Below the pieces are notes generated by a model, which worked only from the letters and a program-made list of their open reading frames with translations, had not been told where the DNA came from and did no database searches. From Felis catus (lineage: Eukaryota), in assembly GCF_018350175.1 (NCBI RefSeq), contig NC_058369.1:870001-930000 (forward strand): a stretch of 60,000 nucleotides of DNA. The letters run 5' to 3'. Position 1 is the first letter of the stretch, and the number at the start of each line of letters is the position of its first letter. Shown piece by piece: positions 55,401-60,000 of this stretch. Made by a program: the position numbers and the translations under genes.

Positions 55401-56256
55401 TTGGTCACCGGCTGCTTGAAAATGGAAGCCGTCTGCCTGACGGGGAGGGCGGTGTTCAGGTCGGGCTTGCCCTGCAGAGACACACAAGCTGGCACTGCAG
55501 CCCCGGGGGCCTTGGCGGGGGCTCGTCCTGGGGGCCTCGGGGAGCAGAGCCCGCGTCTCTCGGTCACCAGCATACCCCGTGGCGTCCACAGATCTGGCCC
55601 AGACCCTGCCTACTGGCCGGGCACCTGTCCTGTCCGTGGGGCGTGGCCCAGAGGGCACCCTGGCATCTATCGGAGACTGGAGGACACACAGTGTCACCGG
55701 GCGCCGGCCAAACGTGTGCTGCTTTCTGGTCCCGCTGCTGGGCTGGGCGACAGACTGTGACAGACACGCCAGAGATAGCCAGCGGCAGCGGGCCCGTGGC
55801 CTCTCCCAGGGACAGAGTGCAGACGACATCTTCCCTTCTTTCTCCTTTTCCGTGGCTTCCCAATTTCCCTCAACAGACAGGACCTTAGCGCGACTCAGGA
55901 CGAGTGGAAACCTCTCTCTCCCCACCAAAAGCGTTGATTTAACGTGTTTCTTAAATTAGGTTTTGAATAAACCCTAAGCCCAACGGGGGGCTCAGACTCA
56001 TGACCCTGAGACCTGGACTCCCATGCTCCACCGACTGAGCCAGCCAGGTGCCCCCAACAGTGGCTCTGAACGGCGAGCCCGAGGCCGGGCGCTCACCTTG
56101 ACCTGGCTGGAGGAGTCGTAGCGGACCCTCTGCCGGCTCCGGCTTGCCTTGCTCATCAGCAGCTTGCCCGTCCGGAAGTCAAAGGTGCTCAGGTCCATGG
56201 AGCCGCCCAGGTAGCGGGCCAGCTGCGGCTTGCTCCGGAACTTCTTCCCACTGGGG
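52208..56256 (-). CDS. MBD3: Methyl-CpG-binding domain protein 3 (NuRD subunit), exons 2-6; exon 1 outside the window
   Basis: complement(join(52208-52406,53955-54132,54443-54533,55334-55471,56097-56256)). Reads PSGKKFRSKPQLARYLG, GKPDLNTALPVRQTASIFKQPVT, LFWEKKLSGL, KQEELVQQVRKRLEEALMAD and an acidic tail. Confidence 0.97.
53955..54132 (-). CDS. MBD3: MBD3 exon 5
   Basis: 178 nt, VGPGCTDETLLSAIASAL...TDEDI. Confidence 0.95.
54443..54533 (-). CDS. MBD3: MBD3 exon 4
   Basis: 91 nt, LFWEKKL...LPKGLQ. Confidence 0.95.
55334..55471 (-). CDS. MBD3: MBD3 exon 3
   Basis: 138 nt, GKPDLNTALP...VEQPRQ. Confidence 0.95.
55945..56056 (-). mobile_element. Short CAN-SINE in MBD3 intron 2
   Basis: catgaccctgaga...ccaccgactgagccagccaggtgcccc. 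Confidence 0.8.
56097..56256 (-). CDS. MBD3: MBD3 exon 2
   Basis: 160 nt, C-terminal half of the MBD domain. Confidence 0.95.
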
Positions 56257-56699
56257 CTGCGGGCAGAGAGGGGGTCAGCGGCGGGCAGGCGCGCTGGGCC
56301 GACCCCTGACCCCAGCGCCGCCTCTCGGCCAGGGCCCCCGGCAGACGCCGGCACCGCGGGAGGAACGCACCGACGGGACAAGGCCGGGGCCCAGCCCTGG
56401 GAGCCCGGCTGACGTTTCAGAACTCCCAGAAGCAGAATTAGGCCATGTTCTGGAGAAAAGAACCCGGGATAGCAGGTGCTCTAACAACAGTCTCCTTCTC
56501 GTGGGTACCACGTCGGGGACTGGGGTGTCCTGGGGGTGGGACCCGTCAGGAAACTGGAAGACCAGGTGCCACGAAGCCCCAGCCGTGAAGCTCTGCGCCC
56601 TTGCTCACCTTGTGGACGGACCGGGGGCCACCCGCCTGTCTGGGAAGCTACGGACACGGAGCACAGGGCTGCAGTGCCAAGGAGCTACAAAGGACCCGC

Positions 56700-57235
56700 A
56701 CGGGGCCCGGAGGCGTTAGGGACGACAGCTGGGATCGCCGACTGGCGCGGTCACTGTGGACAACTCAGGCGGCTCCTCCAACGACCGGACGGCAGCCCCA
56801 CGCTCAACATCTACCTCAGGCTGGGCAAATACACGTCCACGCAAAACTGCCACCCGGAGGTGTTCGGAGCAGTGGGGTTCGTAGCAGGCACGAAGTGAAA
56901 ACAGCCCAACTCTCCGTCGATGAACAAACATCATGTGTCCACTGCACAGTAACGTCCCTCGGCCGCCGGCAGGAGCGAGGCGCCCACACCCGGTGCCCCG
57001 AACGCACGACGCTCAGGGAGGGAACCAGACACGAGAGGCCACGCGGGGGTGTGAGCCCGCGTGCGTGAAGCGTCCAGAACGGGCTCATCCACGGACGGGA
57101 AGGGGGCTCGTGAGGGCCGGGGCTCCTCTTGGGGGCAATGGAACGTTTTAAAGTTGGCCGTGGTGATGGCCGCATGACGGTGACATACCACAATCTATTG
57201 GCTTGCACACTTTAAGCGGGCAGGCTGTGCGGTCT
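56700..57235 (+). mobile_element. L1M remnant (ORF2 end / 3' UTR), GC-shifted, MBD3 intron 1
   Basis: aaatacacgtccacgcaaaact...aaacagcccaac...tggtgatggccgca...gcacactttaa. Confidence 0.7.
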
Positions 57236-57899
57236 GCGGCTCGCCTCTACACTTGTGTGGTCCCCAGCAGGCCTGGTGCCTCTCCAAGCACGTCACTGCT
57301 GCCAACGCGATGAGCAGTCACTCTCGGTAACAGCTCATCAGTCTGAGATCGGTGAGGGTTTATTTTGTTCCTCTCCCCGGAAGAGGCTCTGGGATGAGCC
57401 CCCGATTCAAGCAACTGCCTGTCTGCTCCCCGCCCCCGCCACTCTGCTAGGGACAATGGAGGGTCGTGGGACCTGGTACGGCCAGAAGGAAGCCCCTCCT
57501 AGGACGCCAGGACCCCAGCGCGTGGCCAGCTGCGCTCTGGGAACCCCCACCAGGAGCTCCGCACAGGCAGGGCTGCGGCTGCAGACCGTGCTGTTCCCCT
57601 GGGCCCAGGCGCCCAGCACGGAGAGCTCCTGGCGGCCCGGGGTCCCAAGGCTGCTGGGGACTCTCCGGGAAGATTTTCTTTTCTAGGACGCTGTGCTGGT
57701 TGATGCGACCGGAGCCTATGGTGCCCAGGGCCGTGGGAAGGAACCTGGGTCAAATACAGCCACACAGAGGGAGGAGGGGACCCCACGAAACACTCGCCAG
57801 CATCTCTGGGCCTCCAGTCACCTGCGCTTGCTACACGAGAACAGGAAGTAGACACGGGGCACAGAGAAGTGGCTGCTTAGAACTGGCACGTGGCGGCAT

Positions 57900-58290
57900 T
57901 GGGCACTGGCGGCTGGGGGGTCTGGGGCTCTCTTGGAGAATGTTCTAAAACCGACTGTGGAGGTCGCCGTACCCATGTGTGAAAACTATTCAGTAGCGCA
58001 TTTTAAATGGGTGATCTATGAGGTGTAGATCCTAATCTCAAAAAGGGTGTTAAGAAAAAACAAAATAAGACAAAAAGTGCGTTAGTAGATCCCAGATGCT
58101 GGGGGAGGCGGGGGGGGGGCAAAGCTAACAGGCACAGGCCTCATTTTGGGTAATGGAATGTTCTAGAACTATGTAGTGGTGATGGCTGCACAACTTTGTG
58201 AATGTACTAAAAACCACCGAATAGGACACTTTTAAAGGATGGATCAGAGAGAATGTGGATTATGTCCCAACTTTTAACAAAGGTTCTAGA
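57900..58290 (+). mobile_element. Ancient L1M 3' end fragments
   Basis: aatgttctagaact...gtggtgatggctgcacaactttgtgaatgtactaaaaaccac. Confidence 0.7.
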
Positions 58291-60000
58291 TATCTGTATT
58301 AACAGAGGAAGATGCCCCTGATATTTTATTGAGAAACACACACACCCACACCCCTAACAACCCTGGATTTAACAAAACTGCACACATAGGAATAAAAGAG
58401 CACAGACCAGGGGCTAGAAGCATGGGGACGGAGTGGGGATGGAGGGCTGCGGGCTGGCCCCTGTCAAGTGGCTGGCTGTGGGGACACCAGCCAGCACCTA
58501 GCCCAGAGCCTCAGGCCAGAGGAGATGGACACAGGCCCAAAAGGCAGCCCCCCTTCTCGTCTGTAGAAAGGGCTGCTGTGAGGGTCGCCTGGACCAGAGA
58601 GTGGGCACTGACACCCGTGAGGCCCTGACAGCAAAGTGCACCTGCTTACAGCCAACCTCACCCTGCTGCCCAAGGAAGGGGGGAGGGGGCGATGTGCTAA
58701 GCACCTTCTGCTCTTCCTGAGCAATGAGATCTTCTGGTGGATTCCTCTCTACTCTACACTCCTCCAAAGAATGAGCCCCGAGGACAGGGTACTAACATCC
58801 CACAAACCTTCAGCTTCCGGCCTGGGCAAAACTGTCACACGGCGAGCTTATTTTCACAGTACAGAGGAGACGCGGCTGCGGCCTGATGCTCCCTCCGCCC
58901 ACCCCCCAATCTCAGCAGAGCCCAGGCTTCGAGCTACAATGATGGGAGTGGTGTGAGGTCACCCCGCCTCTCCTGAGTGACAATCTGGCAAACCACGCAC
59001 TCGCTTCCTCCACTCTCTGGACAAGGAAATCGAGATCCACCGGTTCCTAGGGACAAGGCTTGGACCCCAATCCAGGCCTGACTCAAAGCCCTTGTGTTCT
59101 GCCTTCCCTCTGCATTGAGAAAATTCGAAAAGTCCATCCGTGCTCTTGCCTGGTTGCCCGGTTGAGCGGGAGCCCCAACAGGTGAAGAGGCCACAGACAC
59201 ATGTTCCACAAAACATCACGGGTTCCCGATCACATCCCCCCACAAACCTCCCACCCATCGGGAGGGAAGGTGACACCCACCTGCCTGGTGGGTCATCCAG
59301 ACCAATGACTTGGGGATGGCGTTGGACCCTACCCCTTCTTCCTCCCCTCAGGCCCACCTCTGGGTTATCTGTCCGGCCCATTTGGAACTTTTCCCCGCTG
59401 CCGGAACCCCAAGCTCAGGTCTAGGGCCTCAGAGTAAGGTCCCATTTGGCCGAGGCCCAAAGAGGCCCACACACAGGTGGGGAAAAGAGGCAGAGCAATG
59501 TTATTCTCAAGGTGTTCCGGCCCTGCTGACCTCGGCTCAGCCTCCCAGGTTCTCTGCACAGGATGCCCTCTGCCTGGAGAGCTCCTCCCAGCTCCACTGT
59601 CAGTGCTCAGCTCCGTGTCACCTCTTCAGGGAGGCCCTCGCTGAGCTGCCCCAGCCTCAACCCAGCACCCCATTACTGGTCCTCACAGACCCCTGGACTT
59701 CTCAGCGTAGGTCACCACCTGTAACTACGGGAGTAACAGGGTGCCAGCTGATGCTGTCACCCAGGGGAGGAAGGTCTCACTCCCATCTGACTGAATGGCC
59801 AGGACCCAGCAGGTGCCGCAGAGGGTGTCTGTTAAATTAACAAAGGGCTAGAGCTAGAGAGACCCGCTTCTTCGGCCTTCACACCTAAAAAGAAAAGCCG
59901 ACACACAAGCATGCTTGGAATTAAACTAAGCAGGTGGCTCCCAAACTGAGACCTCCTCACTAACCCAGCAGGACAGAACCGCAAAGATTCAGGCTTTTTC

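Overview
Very GC-rich mammalian genomic DNA from a carnivore, almost certainly a felid (many tRNA-derived CAN-SINE/SINEC_Fc copies). Gene order matches human 19p13.3: ADAMTSL5 (minus, last exon falls before base 1), PLK5 (plus, 15 coding exons, intact 602-aa frame), MEX3D (minus, 2 coding exons, 654 aa) and MBD3 (minus, exons 2-7; exon 1 lies beyond the window). All exon boundaries were read by hand and phase-checked. Orthologue and repeat-consensus comparisons are from memory, not from searches. Most ORFs in the supplied track are GC or repeat artefacts. The most interesting unexplained signals are: (1) GC-rich patches shared between distant copies of ancient L1M and MLT1 remnants, suggesting non-allelic GC-biased gene conversion or an unrecognised repeat subfamily; (2) an orphan intergenic promoter-like module (3 CCAAT boxes, GC boxes, RFX-like box, perfect CRE) at about 25.8 kb; (3) a ~96 x 10-bp minisatellite in PLK5 intron 3 that is an E-box array and whose copy number sets the frame of a stop-free intron; (4) an ADAMTSL5 5' end with a MIR-derived start exon but no obvious in-frame acceptor; (5) an Arg-rich uORF ending 7 nt before the MEX3D start; (6) serial SINE insertions at one target site.
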